DNA from: an uncultured Chthonomonadaceae bacterium
Lineage (GTDB): Bacteria; Armatimonadota; Chthonomonadetes; Chthonomonadales; Chthonomonadaceae
NCBI GenBank assembly: GCA_963817895.1
Contig: CAWFQB010000001.1
Coordinates: forward strand, 704,001 to 768,000
Reading direction: 5' to 3'
DNA length: 64,000 bases
Of the stretch, positions 49,345 through 59,823 are shown in pieces. The position numbers were made by a program, and so were the translations under genes. The notes under the pieces are model-generated. The model saw nothing but the letters and a program-made list of their open reading frames with translations, did not search any database and was not told the DNA's origin. Position 1 is the first letter of the stretch, and each line of letters starts with the position of its first letter.

Positions 49345-50706
49345 ATGGACGTAGAAATACGGGTACCCCGAAGCGGGGAATCGGTCGTGGAAGCAACGGT
49401 TGGACGCTGGCTCAAGCAGCCGGGCGACGCGGTAAAGGCCAACGAAGAGGTTGTGGAACTGGAAACCGACAAGGCCAACGAAACGGTGAAGTCGCCTGCC
49501 GCCGGTATCCTGCGAACCATCGCGCGGCAAACGGGTGAAGACGTTGCGGTGGATGATGTGCTGGGAACTATTACGCCGGGAGTGGCCGCGTCGAACGGCG
49601 CTTCCAATGGCGCAAACGGTGGAGTCTCCACGCCGCCCGCCCCAACTCCCACGAATACGGGCAACCAGCAGCCCACCACTTCGCCCACGCCCACGATAAC
49701 AACCGCCCCAATCGCCGCCACGCCGCCAATTACAGGAACAGCCGGGGAAGATCTGGGCGATGTCAACGCGCCCGCCACGCCCACCGCCGCCCGTATGCTG
49801 GAAAAGCACGGCCTGACAGCCGCCAATGTCCGGGGAACCGGCCCCAACGGCAAAGTAATGATCGCCGATGTGCAGAATCACGTCGCCACTATGAACATCA
49901 CCACAACCGGGCAGACAGGCACAAGTGCGCCCCCGACTCCACCATTACCAACGCCACCAACCACCAACCACCAACCACCAACCACCAATCCTCTCCTCTC
50001 CGAAGAGCGGCGCGAGATTGTGGAGCCGATGACGCGGATGCGCAGAACCATTGCCGACGCGCTGGTTCAGGCGCAGCAGACGGCGGCCATGCTCACCACG
50101 TTCAACGAGGTGGACATGACAGCCGTGATGGAGATACGGACGCGCCGCAAGGATGCGTTCAAGGAGAAGCACGGCGTCAACCTGGGCTTCATGTCCTTCT
50201 TTACCAAAGCGGTACTCGGCGCGCTGAAAGCCCATCCGTATCTCAATGCGGAGATTCGGGGTACCGACATCATCAAAAAACAGTATTACGACATCGCCAT
50301 CGCGGTCGGCACGGAGCGCGGACTCGTGGTTCCCGTCGTGCGCAACGCGGACAAGCTGACGTTCGCGGGCATCGAAAAAGAGATCGGTTCCCTTGCGTCG
50401 CGGGCGCGCGAGAATAAACTGGGCATCGCGGAAATGGCGGGCGGCACGTTCACCATCACGAACGGCGGCGTGTACGGCTCGCTGATGTCCACGCCGATTC
50501 TGAACGCGCCGCAGGTGGGCATTTTGGGGATGCACAAAATCGAGGAGCGCCCCATCGCCATAAAGGGGCAGGTTGTCATTCGCCCGATGATGTACCTCGC
50601 CCTCTCCTACGACCACCGGATTGTGGATGGCAGCGAGGCCGTGCGCTTCCTCGTAAAAGTGAAAGAACTGCTCGAAGACCCCGAAACCCTCCTGCTGGAG
50701 GGGTAA
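49345..50706 (+). CDS. sucB: Dihydrolipoyllysine succinyltransferase E2
   Basis: Lipoyl ELETDKA, E3-binding [29 protein letters not shown]; (CCACCAA)5 at 49954-49988 in the linker. Confidence 0.97.
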   Translation: MDVEIRVPRSGESVVEATVGRWLKQPGDAVKANEEVVELETDKANETVKSPAAGILRTIARQTGEDVAVDDVLGTITPGVAASNGASNGANGGVSTPPAPTPTNTGNQQPTTSPTPTITTAPIAATPPITGTAGEDLGDVNAPATPTAARMLEKHGLTAANVRGTGPNGKVMIADVQNHVATMNITTTGQTGTSAPPTPPLPTPPTTNHQPPTTNPLLSEERREIVEPMTRMRRTIADALVQAQQTAAMLTTFNEVDMTAVMEIRTRRKDAFKEKHGVNLGFMSFFTKAVLGALKAHPYLNAEIRGTDIIKKQYYDIAIAVGTERGLVVPVVRNADKLTFAGIEKEIGSLASRARENKLGIAEMAGGTFTITNGGVYGSLMSTPILNAPQVGILGMHKIEERPIAIKGQVVIRPMMYLALSYDHRIVDGSEAVRFLVKVKELLEDPETLLLEG

Positions 50707-50763
50707 CAGGACAAAAAACACTTGTATTTGCGCTGTTTTTGTCCTGAATAGTGAAAATATCGC

Positions 50764-50880
50764 TTGCAATTTGTTGTGTTCGCTGTTATACTTACCTCAA
50801 TGGGGCAAGAAGATATGACAGCGAACACAATGGCGTGTTCATTCTGTTCGATTTTCCCGCTTGCCCCAGGCAATGTAGCC
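50764..50880 (+). promoter_or_regulatory. Sigma70-type promoter followed by ANTAR-like hexaloop hairpins
   Basis: TTGCAA-N17-TATACT; GAACAC-AATGGC-GTGTTC (50823-50840) and GGC-AATGTA-GCC (50869-50880). Confidence 0.5.
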
Positions 50881-51060
50881 CTCGTGTCATTTCCAACCCG
50901 ATTTGTACGTCGTCACCGTCAATCTTCTCAACACGCGTAAGCGAGATCAAGTTTATTGTATACATATAACAGACGGCTTGCATTTTCAACGTAAACACTG
51001 TTATACTTACATAAGAGCTTGAAGTTGACTTCTCGCATGGCGATATGAAAGGTTTGCAAC

Positions 51061-51276
51061 GTGAAACGCAGCAATATTTTAGCCTGTTTGTGCGGCATGG
51101 TTCTGGCATACGGCGCAATGCTGACAGGGTGTTCCAAACCGGCGGAAGAGGCCCCGCCTCCCCCGGCCGCTGCCGCGTCGCCCGCGAAAGAAGCCGGGTC
51201 TGCTCCCGCCACTCCGCCCTCACCCATGAGCGAAAAGGGGCAGTTCGGCCCGGTCACTGACGAAAAAGGCAAATAG
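51061..51276 (+). CDS. Small Pro/Ala-rich lipoprotein
   Basis: Lipobox LTGC; 71 aa; precedes a prepilin gene. Confidence 0.75.
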   Translation: MKRSNILACLCGMVLAYGAMLTGCSKPAEEAPPPPAAAASPAKEAGSAPATPPSPMSEKGQFGPVTDEKGK

Positions 51277-51376
51277 CCGCCCGTTTTCACGACTTGCCTC
51301 ACGCGAATTATCCTTCTGAATTGTTTACGTTAGTCCGCATTCATCATCCGTTCCTCTGTTGTTTTAAGGAGATACG

Positions 51377-52180
51377 TTGAAAAAGTATTCCGGTTTTACG
51401 CTGATTGAACTGCTCGTTGTGATCGCGATTATCGCGATACTCGCGGCCATTCTGTTCCCCGTCTTCGCGCAGGCGCGCGAAAAAGCGCGTTCCGTTTCCT
51501 GTTTGAGCAACAACAAACAGATCGGCACGGCACTTATCATGTACACGCAGGATTATGATGAGGGCCTGCCCACCTGGTCCGACTACTACTACAATCTTAG
51601 TAACGCGGTCACTCCCGCCGGTTCGGATACCAAAGACCGCTACTGGGATGCGAAACTGCTACCCTATGTTAAGAACGGCGCTCCCGCTTTAAGCGATTAC
51701 GGCGGCGCATGGCATTGCCCGTCCGGGGAGGCCAAAACCAACGTGCGCAGCATGGGCATCAACCAGGCGTTAATTTATGATTTCCATCCGAGTCCTTTCG
51801 GCTACCGGTGCATCTCCCTGGTACAAATCCAAAAGCCTGCCAACATTGTTTTTGCGGGTGACGGTGGCAGCAGCGGGCGCATTGCCCCGCCCTTCTACTA
51901 CCAGGGTTACTATGAGAAGTATATCACCGGCGTACCCTATACCCGCGATGCGCCCTGGCGTCATCAGGATGGCTCCAACTACGTCTACTGTGACGGCCAT
52001 GCCAAGTACCAGAAGGGCGACGTAATATTTCCGCACCCGGTTGCGCCGAGTCAGGTGTATACTCAGGCTGCCGGTGGGGCGTACTGCTCCTATGCGAACA
52101 ACTTCGCGCCAAGTTTGGATGAGGCGCAATGGGGCGCGACGACAGCAAAAACCTATGGCGGCAACTGCCCGCAGCAGTAG
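51377..52180 (+). CDS. Prepilin-type/H-X9-DG (DUF1559-like) protein
   Basis: [38 protein letters not shown] with TTG start. Confidence 0.93.
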   Translation: MKKYSGFTLIELLVVIAIIAILAAILFPVFAQAREKARSVSCLSNNKQIGTALIMYTQDYDEGLPTWSDYYYNLSNAVTPAGSDTKDRYWDAKLLPYVKNGAPALSDYGGAWHCPSGEAKTNVRSMGINQALIYDFHPSPFGYRCISLVQIQKPANIVFAGDGGSSGRIAPPFYYQGYYEKYITGVPYTRDAPWRHQDGSNYVYCDGHAKYQKGDVIFPHPVAPSQVYTQAAGGAYCSYANNFAPSLDEAQWGATTAKTYGGNCPQQ

Positions 52181-52206
52181 CCTGACTGTTATATGAATAC
52201 GGTTTG

Positions 52207-52249
52207 TTGCCGAACACGAACAATTACCGTGTTCGGCAATGGGCTTTTT
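52207..52249 (+). terminator. Probable intrinsic terminator
   Basis: TTGCCGAACACG-N9-CGTGTTCGGCAA followed by a T-tract. Confidence 0.6.
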
Positions 52250-52502
52250 CAGGTCGTGCAAATGCGTCGCCTGTCAAATTTTTCGGCGGCGTCCGGCAGA
52301 TTGTTGTAAAAGGGCGCAGGGTATGTTATAATCATTCAGCCCCGCTCATTGTTGCGCGTGTTGCTTTTTCTCGTTGTTGTGCGCCGCGACAATCCCCGCT
52401 GATTGCTATCCCGCACTTATTTTCTTTTTCTTCATCAAAGGGGCGCATGCGCAATTGCCACGCAGCCCCGCCTTTCACCTGCATACAAGGAGAGACACCG
52501 CC

Positions 52503-53324
52503 ATGCAAAAACGCTCCGGTTTTACGCTGATCGAATTGCTCGTCGTGATCGCCATTATAGCGATTCTTGCCTCCATTCTGTTCCCTGTCTTCGCCCAGGC
52601 GAGAGAGAAGGCGCGGCAGGCGACCTGCGTTTCCAACCAGAAGCAGATTCTGCTCGCCATTATGCAGTACACGCAAGATTTCGATGAAATGTTGCCACGC
52701 GGGCAAGTGGGCGCAGTCGCTTGGAGCGGAAACATTCCTGCCGATGAAGCCGTCGGCATGGAAAATGAACTGGATCCTTACATCAAAGCGGGCAACACTT
52801 GGGGGCCTGAGCGCTCCTCCAGCGTTTGGAAGTGCCCTTCAGACACATATAAACGCGATGACTGCGCCGGTGGTCCGGGGGTCGCAACAGGCTACGACAT
52901 CAGCTACGCTTTCACCAACTATGATTCGACTAATCCGCGCAAGTTCGGCGTTTTTGCCTTTAGTGCTAGTGCGGCCGTGAACTCGCAAACCCTATCCGGT
53001 GTCGGCAGGTCCGGTGATACAATCATCATGTGGGATTGGTGGAATCCCCAGGCCTACTCGCGTTATGAGGCTGTGACGCGCACAAACATGGATCAACTAC
53101 TTCAGTTTCCTGCTTATCCCGACTCCGTTCAACTCACCAACTACTGTGGAGACGGATATGATTGGAACTTCTCCTTTGGATCGCATGGCGGAATGACCAA
53201 TTTCGGCTTCATGGATGGGCATGTCAAAGCATCCAAGCGCGAGCAACTCTGGAACGTTGATAGTAGTAAAGTATGGGATTACAAAGCGCCCAACAAGATG
53301 CACTGGAATGAGCAGTACCATTAG
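52503..53324 (+). CDS. Prepilin-type/H-X9-DG (DUF1559-like) protein
   Basis: [28 protein letters not shown]. Confidence 0.93.
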   Translation: MQKRSGFTLIELLVVIAIIAILASILFPVFAQAREKARQATCVSNQKQILLAIMQYTQDFDEMLPRGQVGAVAWSGNIPADEAVGMENELDPYIKAGNTWGPERSSSVWKCPSDTYKRDDCAGGPGVATGYDISYAFTNYDSTNPRKFGVFAFSASAAVNSQTLSGVGRSGDTIIMWDWWNPQAYSRYEAVTRTNMDQLLQFPAYPDSVQLTNYCGDGYDWNFSFGSHGGMTNFGFMDGHVKASKREQLWNVDSSKVWDYKAPNKMHWNEQYH

Positions 53325-53371
53325 TAGGAGAACGCTCTTCTGGATAGCCTGTAAAACATCAGGGAGGCAGA

Positions 53372-53614
53372 ATGTCAGACCGTGACAAAAAGTTAGCCAT
53401 CGTGGGCGGAGTGTTGCTGATTTTAGCCGCATTGATTGCTTTCAAGACGATGGCCCCGCAACAGGTACATCCCATCAGCATCATTAACGCGACTGGGCAG
53501 AACCCGAAAGCGATATGGATGAAGGAACACAACAACGGCAAAACGCCCGACACGGAAACGCCGTCGGCACAAGAAGGGCCAAAACAGGACCCCAACTCAA
53601 TTGGTGATAAATAA
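53372..53614 (+). CDS. Small single-TM protein
   Basis: GGGAGG RBS; LAIVGGVLLILAALIAF; 80 aa. Confidence 0.75.
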   Translation: MSDRDKKLAIVGGVLLILAALIAFKTMAPQQVHPISIINATGQNPKAIWMKEHNNGKTPDTETPSAQEGPKQDPNSIGDK

Positions 53615-53630
53615 CTCTGCCGATTGTTTG

Positions 53631-53675
53631 AAGCCCGCTGGAGTGTATACTACATTTCAGCGGGTTTTGTCTTTT
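53631..53675 (+). terminator. Intrinsic terminator
   Basis: AAGCCCGCTG...CAGCGGGTTTTGTCTTTT. Confidence 0.75.
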
Positions 53676-53717
53676 ATCAGCCTTCTAATTTTTGTATTCT
53701 AAGGAAGATGTTTCGCT

Positions 53718-54788
53718 ATGCGTGAGGAGTCGTCTCAACAAAAAGATGCTTCCCCTTCTGTGCGCCACGTCCCGACACAACGGTACAGAGTAATCATTTT
53801 ACTTACTATCCTTGCTGTCGTTTCCGCTGTAAGCCTGAAATTCAATCAAAATCGTTCGCATGGGCGCGTAGATGAGTTGAGCGATCTGGAACAGCGCGCC
53901 CGGCAACATCCTGATAATGCAGATGCGTTGCTGAATTGGGCGAACGCATTGCAAAAAGCGGGTCAGCGCACACAGGCCATAGAGGTTTATTCCGACGCCG
54001 CACACCTTGCGCCAAACGATGCGCGGGCTTATGTTGGATTGGGCATTCTCGCGTTGCAGGAAAACCGCGAGGATGTTGCGCTCGTCAATTTTCGAGAGGC
54101 TGTAAAGTGCAATCCTAATGACGCAGACGTATGGAGCGCTCTTGCCCCGCTCGAAGTGAAGGCGCATGACTATCCGAAAGCCATTGACGCTTATCAACAC
54201 CTGACTAAATTGCAGCCCAGAAATGCGGATACCTGGCGACATCTAGGCGCTCTGCAAACCCACAGTCACAGGGTTGCGGAAGGGCATGAGGCTCTGCTGC
54301 AGGCTGTTACGCTCAACCCCGAAGATGCGGAAGCGCAAAACGCGCTGGGCGTCAACGCAATGGCGCTTTCACAACTGCCTGAAGCAAAGCAGGCTTTTGA
54401 AAAAGCGCTGACGAAGCGGCCCTATGATGATGAAGCTCTGACCGGACTGGCGCTGGCGACCCTGCAATTAGACCCCTCTCCTAACGGCTTAAAGTTAGCC
54501 GAGCAGCATGTTCGGCGCGCGCTTGCCCTGCGCCCGACCGCCGACGCGCATCTGGCGCTTGGACGGATTCATCTGCTGCGGCGCGAGTACGACAAAGCCA
54601 TTGCGGAGTTTAATACGACATTGCGCCTGGACAACGGGCAAACCACCGCTTATGTGTATCTTTCACAGGCATACGCGGCAAGCGGCAAGCCAGAACTGGC
54701 GCGTAAAGCCAGCGCGGATTACCAGCAGGCGACGGCAAAAGCAGCCCAAACGTCTGTGCAGGCGGGCAAGGCCGGTCCCGCAAAATGA
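53718..54788 (+). CDS. Membrane-anchored TPR protein
   Basis: N-terminal TM, then TPR repeats; ATGA overlap with the next gene. Confidence 0.9.
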   Translation: MREESSQQKDASPSVRHVPTQRYRVIILLTILAVVSAVSLKFNQNRSHGRVDELSDLEQRARQHPDNADALLNWANALQKAGQRTQAIEVYSDAAHLAPNDARAYVGLGILALQENREDVALVNFREAVKCNPNDADVWSALAPLEVKAHDYPKAIDAYQHLTKLQPRNADTWRHLGALQTHSHRVAEGHEALLQAVTLNPEDAEAQNALGVNAMALSQLPEAKQAFEKALTKRPYDDEALTGLALATLQLDPSPNGLKLAEQHVRRALALRPTADAHLALGRIHLLRREYDKAIAEFNTTLRLDNGQTTAYVYLSQAYAASGKPELARKASADYQQATAKAAQTSVQAGKAGPAK

Positions 54789-56518
54789 GATATTGCCAGT
54801 TCTGCCTGTGTCTGTCAGCGACATTTTTCCTGACGTTCTACCTTATTGGCTGTCGTCCACGTCCTTCTGCTCCGGTTTCCTCACCCTCCGCGTCCGGGCA
54901 GCCGCAAGCGCAATCGTCATCACAACCGCAAGCCCTGTTCCGCGATGTCGCGCAAGTAGTGGGATTGAACTTTCGTTGGGGACATGCCACCCGTGAACAC
55001 ATCAACATACTGGAAACTATCGGACACGGCTGCGCCTTTCTGGATTATGACGGCGACGGGAGAATGGATATACTGCTTGTGGGCAGCGCGCAGTGTCGGC
55101 TTTACCGTAATATGGGAAGCGGCAAGTTCACCGATGTTACCGCGCAGTCGCTTCCCCTTCCCCCGGACAAGGCACACTTTTTGGGTTGCTCGGTTGCCGA
55201 TTACGACAATGACGGCCACCCGGACATTCTGCTGACCGGCTATGGCAGCGTCGCGCTGTACCACAACCGGGGAAATGGAACGTTTGAAGATGTTACAAAA
55301 GGGAGCGGGTTGGCAGCCCGCAACGCCTCGGATTGGACTACAAGCGCGGCATGGGCGGATGTGGACGGAGATGAGCGGCTGGACGTGTATATCTGCCGTT
55401 ATGTGCAGTTTACGCCGCAATCTCGACAGTTATGCGGTTTCAAGGCGCTGGATGGCGCGAATGTTGACATGGCTTGCAGCCCGGTAGATTACCCGGCGCA
55501 GAAAGGTTCGCTGTACCGCAACGAGGGCAATGGTCATTTTCGGGACATTACCAGACAGGCCGGTTTGAGCAATACGCATGGCAATGGTTTGGGCGTCCAA
55601 TTTTGCGACTTTAACGGGGATGGCATGCCCGACCTGTATATCGCCAACGATACGCAAATATGCGACCTTTATCAGAACATGGGGCAGGGCCGCTTTCAGG
55701 AAGTCGGGGCGCAAACCGGCGTCGCCTATGGCGCAAGCGGATTAGTGCAGGCAGGTATGGGAGTGGATTGGGGCGATTACGACAACGATGGGCGTTTTGA
55801 TCTGCTCGTCGCCAATTATGCCAATCAGCCCAAAAGCCTTTACCACAATGAAGGCAGCGTTTTCGTCAATAACACCTATGCCAGCGGCCTTGCCGTGCCG
55901 ACACTGCGTTCGCTTTCGTTCGGCGCGGCCTTTGTGGATTATGATAATGACGGCCTGCTGGACATTGTTTTTACGAACGGTCACGTACAATCCGAAGTGG
56001 AAAAAGTAGATCGGACAACAACGTATTTACAGCCGTCGCAGCTATTCCATAATGCCGATAAGGGACACTTTACCGACGCAGGCGCCGAAGCCGGACCGGA
56101 CTTTGCGCGTCCGATTGCGGGAAGGGGCATGGCAGTGGGCGATTACGATGGCGACGGACGGCCCGACCTGCTTGTTGTAAATGATGAAGGCAGTCCCCTC
56201 CTGCTGCATAATGAGGAGCGTTCCGGCAACCACTGGCTCACCCTGCATTGCCTGCAAGGGCCGGGAAAGTGGGACTCCATTGGCGCGCAGGTAACGGTTA
56301 TAATAGGAAAACGCAAACAGATTGCCGAAGTACGCGCCGGAGGCAGTTACCTTTCCGCCAGTTCGCCCGAAGTTCATTTCGGGCTTGGCAAAGCGATGAT
56401 GGCAAACTCCATTCAAATACGCTGGCCGGATGGACGCAAAAGCCTGTTTCACGCTGCTGCCGCCGACCACATTTATCAGGCTATGTCGTCGAGTAACACC
56501 CTGATTCTCTTGAAATAG
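54785..56518 (+). CDS. CRTAC1-like protein (FG-GAP/VCBS repeats + ASPIC/UnbV domain), probable lipoprotein
   Basis: Repeated DYDNDGxxD motifs; C-terminal GGSYLSASSPEVHFGLG...IRWPDG; LIGC lipobox. Confidence 0.92.
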   Translation: MRYCQFCLCLSATFFLTFYLIGCRPRPSAPVSSPSASGQPQAQSSSQPQALFRDVAQVVGLNFRWGHATREHINILETIGHGCAFLDYDGDGRMDILLVGSAQCRLYRNMGSGKFTDVTAQSLPLPPDKAHFLGCSVADYDNDGHPDILLTGYGSVALYHNRGNGTFEDVTKGSGLAARNASDWTTSAAWADVDGDERLDVYICRYVQFTPQSRQLCGFKALDGANVDMACSPVDYPAQKGSLYRNEGNGHFRDITRQAGLSNTHGNGLGVQFCDFNGDGMPDLYIANDTQICDLYQNMGQGRFQEVGAQTGVAYGASGLVQAGMGVDWGDYDNDGRFDLLVANYANQPKSLYHNEGSVFVNNTYASGLAVPTLRSLSFGAAFVDYDNDGLLDIVFTNGHVQSEVEKVDRTTTYLQPSQLFHNADKGHFTDAGAEAGPDFARPIAGRGMAVGDYDGDGRPDLLVVNDEGSPLLLHNEERSGNHWLTLHCLQGPGKWDSIGAQVTVIIGKRKQIAEVRAGGSYLSASSPEVHFGLGKAMMANSIQIRWPDGRKSLFHAAAADHIYQAMSSSNTLILLK

Positions 56519-56537
56519 TCCTGCAAACAGTTTTCCA

Positions 56538-57822
56538 ATGAAACAACCCGAAATGACGTTTACTGCCGCGATACGCGCTCATACCCTATTTGTACTCGGT
56601 TCGCTTGGCCTGCTGCTGCTGTTGGCAGGCTGCGCCGGTCGAACCCCCTCCCCCGAAAACAAAAGCAACTCCAACGCCTCCGCCCTATCTACGCTGGGAC
56701 ACGAACTGCCGGGAACTGCCGCTTCCACTGATATTGCGGACACGCAGGGCTACGTCGGAAATGCGGCCTGCGCCGACTGTCACCAAAAGGAATTCAAAGA
56801 TCATGGCGACAGCAACCATGCCCACGCGCTGCATTTGATGACCCCGGATGATCTGGGAACGTCCGCGCCTCCCCCCGGCCCTCTGACCAATACGCCCACC
56901 ATGCTCAAACTCGCTGACAAAGCGTACTCTGTGGATACCGACCCGCCGCGAGGCAGAGGATTGCCGCTCCAATACGCGTTCGGGGCAGGCAAGTTCTGTT
57001 TTACCTTTGTCGGCGTACTGCCGGACAGCAAAAGTTTCGAGTTGCGCGCCAGTTATGTTCCCAAAACTCGGAAGTGGCAGAAGACACCGGGGCAGGAATT
57101 CCTCGGTCTTTCCAGCTTCGGTATCCGCCATAACACCCAGGTCAGCCGCAAATGTTTCGGCTGCCACGTCATCACGCTTTCCCCAACGGGATTGACGCCC
57201 GAAAAGCGGTTTATGGGTGTGGGGTGTAAATCCTGTCATGGGCCGGGAAACGCGCATATTACGGCGATGCGTTCAGGGCAAGCCGTAACAAGCGCTACCG
57301 ATTTACACATTGACCGGCCTGCAAACTGGGGCGCGAAACGTCAGAACGAGATGTGCGGGCGCTGCCATCGCACCGGGGCGGATGTCAATACGAAGCAGCC
57401 CGATACGGCAGTCACGGCGCGTTTTCAACCCTATGGCCTGATGCTTTCCCGCTGCTTCAAAGAGAGCAATGACACGCTTTCCTGCTCCACCTGCCACAAC
57501 CCCCACCAGAACACCTCCCACGACATTCGCGCCTACGAAGCCGCCTGCCTGAATTGCCACAGAGGAAACAGGGAAGAAAAGGAGAAAAGGAGAAAAGGAG
57601 AAAAGGAGAAGGGGAATTCACAATCGGCAATCGGCAATCAGCAATCGGCAATGCCTTCATCCTTCATCCTTCATCCTTCATCCTTTGCCAAAGCCTGCCC
57701 GGTCAACCCACAGAGTCGGATGTATCGGCTGCCACATGCCCAAACGTAAAATGCTGCCGGATTCCACGCTCGGCACATCCGCCGCCGACCACTATATTCG
57801 AGTTAATCGCGTCAGCCCATAA
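56538..57822 (+). CDS. Multiheme c-type cytochrome lipoprotein, 7 CxxCH (frameshift near 57717)
   Basis: LAGC lipobox; CADCH, CFGCH, CKSCH, CGRCH, CSTCH, CLNCH and, after the shift, CIGCHMP...DHYIR. Confidence 0.88.
57576..57688. repeat. Three consecutive short tandem arrays in frame inside the cytochrome gene
   Basis: (GAAAAGGA)4, (CAATCRG)4, (TTCATCC)4. Confidence 0.9.
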
Positions 57823-57846
57823 CGCTTCATTCCTTCCGGCAGAATC

Positions 57847-57923
57847 TTGTATTTTATACCGTTCACCTGCTATACTAACGCCTGTAATCTTTTAGACCTT
57901 TGCAATCGAACACAACGGCGTGT
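57847..57923 (+). promoter_or_regulatory. Sigma70-type promoter followed by an ANTAR-like hairpin
   Basis: TTGTAT-N18-TATACT; CGAACACAACGGCGTGT at 57907-57923, 16/17 identical to 50822-50838. Confidence 0.5.
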
Positions 57924-58058
57924 AGGCAGGGCTTTTCTCCTTTTGGCGCTGCTGCCAATGTCTCAACGCTGATAGCGTTTTCAATGTTTGGCTAATCTAC
58001 CATCCTACTGCCGCAGGTAAAAAGGCTTTTGGCAGCAACCGTAAAGGAGTTTGCACGT

Positions 58059-58925
58059 ATGCAGCATCACCCATCCCCGCGCAGGCAATCCGCTTTCACG
58101 CTCATTGAACTGCTTGTCGTGATCGCCATTATCGCGATTCTGGCCGCTATTCTGTTTCCCGTCTTTGCGCAGGCCCGCGAAAAAGCCCGCGCTATCTCCT
58201 GCATTTCCAACATCAAGCAGATAACTCTCGCGCACCAACAGTATATCCAGGATTACGATGAAACCCTGGGGGATCTGGAGGAGGGAGCCATTACCGGACA
58301 GGCGACTACCGCGCACGGCGGCACTCCCGGCTACATTTGGACGGGCTATATGCAGCCCTACATGAAAGGCATACAGGTTGCCTACTGCCCCTCGGCAGGA
58401 ACCAGAATCGTGAAAAGCTATGGCGGCTTCAACTTCACCGGACTTTTATATACTCGCGTAGACCGCAGCCAACTGAACATCGGCATCAACATTGACGGCA
58501 CGATTGGCTGGAACGGCTGGGGCTGCTACAAAAATTACACCGGCAGCAATCCGTACTGTAGTTCACAGTTTTTCACCCTGTCTACCTTCCAGTATCCCTC
58601 GCAAAGCGTGATGTTCGGGGACAGCGTTCCGGTTGATCCCAACGTCGCCAGCGGCAAAAGCTGGTTCATTGACCCGCAGCGCAACCCCGCCATCAACGAA
58701 ATCGGCGCAACCGCCTCGCGGCATCAGGGTGGAACCAACATCGGCTTTTTGGACGGTCACACCAAGTTCTATCCGCGCGCCAATACCCTGATTGTCACAG
58801 ACCAACTCTACAGCTCCGGTGGAACAGGCGAGTGCGTCAACTACAATACGGCCCATGTTTACTGGGACCCGCTGGCGGATGATCCGCAGTTGCTGACGCA
58901 ATGCGCGGGACAGGGATACCGGTGA
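58059..58925 (+). CDS. Prepilin-type/H-X9-DG (DUF1559-like) protein
   Basis: [38 protein letters not shown]. Confidence 0.93.
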   Translation: MQHHPSPRRQSAFTLIELLVVIAIIAILAAILFPVFAQAREKARAISCISNIKQITLAHQQYIQDYDETLGDLEEGAITGQATTAHGGTPGYIWTGYMQPYMKGIQVAYCPSAGTRIVKSYGGFNFTGLLYTRVDRSQLNIGINIDGTIGWNGWGCYKNYTGSNPYCSSQFFTLSTFQYPSQSVMFGDSVPVDPNVASGKSWFIDPQRNPAINEIGATASRHQGGTNIGFLDGHTKFYPRANTLIVTDQLYSSGGTGECVNYNTAHVYWDPLADDPQLLTQCAGQGYR

Positions 58926-59167
58926 TGAAAAAAGACGTTAATCCCATGGTCTTGATCGGCATTGGCATCGTTGGTGTCCTTGTGCTGATTGTACTCGCTA
59001 TGCGTATCCTTGCGCCGCATCCGCCGGAAGCCACCATTCCCCCGCCGAACATGATGAATGAGGGCGCCATCAAACGCGCCAACATTGAGAAGCAGGCCGC
59101 TGGACAGACTGCGCCGACCGACCCGGCAGCCAGCAAAGGCATCGGCAGCGACCGAACAGGCGACTGA
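58925..59167 (+). CDS. Small single-TM protein
   Basis: TGATG overlap with the prepilin gene; [25 protein letters not shown]. Confidence 0.8.
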   Translation: MKKDVNPMVLIGIGIVGVLVLIVLAMRILAPHPPEATIPPPNMMNEGAIKRANIEKQAAGQTAPTDPAASKGIGSDRTGD

Positions 59168-59218
59168 TACCCGCCCGTCGAATAACCCCGCTTAAACCGG
59201 CAGAAACTCGCTCTGCTA

Positions 59219-59256
59219 ACCGCCTCTCGAAATGCGCAAACGTTTCGAGAGGCGGT
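59219..59256 (+). terminator. Strong hairpin, probable terminator
   Basis: ACCGCCTCTCGAAA...TTTCGAGAGGCGGT. Confidence 0.65.
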
Positions 59257-59412
59257 ATTGCGTTTGCAGGGCGAACACATCTAAAATACTCGACACCTGT
59301 TACATCCTGGCACATTCGCCCCATGCTGCGCCATCGACCTCCTCCTGATTTCCAACGCCAGAAAGAATGCCTGAAAATAGTAGAAAAACATCTGGTAAAA
59401 TAGCAAAAAAAA

Positions 59413-59700
59413 CGAACTCGTGCTGCATCCGCCTCGTCTAACTACGCAATATACATCTACTTAATAGAGTCTGCTAACTAACTAGGCGACGAGACGCTGC
59501 AAATTCGCAATTCCTGACAACTAACAACTAACAACCTAAACTGAAGGGAGGCGCAAGAAGATGCCTGGTCACACCCGTTCGCCGTAACCATACGGAGGTC
59601 ACGACGCCTCCACTGTAAAATTTGACATAACGAGACACTGGGCTGAAAGCGCTGCATTGCCAATATTTCGACGCTGTCTCTACATACTCTTTTCTCTTTT
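59413..59700 (+). other. Conserved non-coding element with 8-codon micro-ORF, copy 2
   Basis: ECF-like promoter, SD GAAGGGAGG, ORF MPGHTRSP (59561-59587), hairpins; homologous to 19826..20082. Confidence 0.75.
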
Positions 59701-59823
59701 TCATTCAAAGGTGTTCGCTCTGGCTGCGTTTGCATGCCTGCTGCAAGCCGCGCCGAAAGTGCAGTATAATGAGACACGGATTTGCAAACGTTTGCAGAGG
59801 AAAGAAGTTTCGGAGGAACCGCT

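Noticed and set aside
590..57822. Frameshifts in the ParE-like toxin (~760), GH-like gene (~16490), OLD nuclease (~19388), TonB receptor (~20588, ~21120), sucA (~48798) and cytochrome (~57717) as programmed recoding or pseudogenisation
   Set aside because: They are isolated shifts with both halves intact, include the core gene sucA and share no slippery motif; sequencing or assembly indels are the simplest explanation. Read mapping would settle it.
51377..58925. Diversity-generating retroelement or shufflon acting on the prepilin genes
   Set aside because: No RT, no TR/VR pair with A-specific mismatches and no recombinase; shared sequence is limited to the conserved N-terminal coding region.
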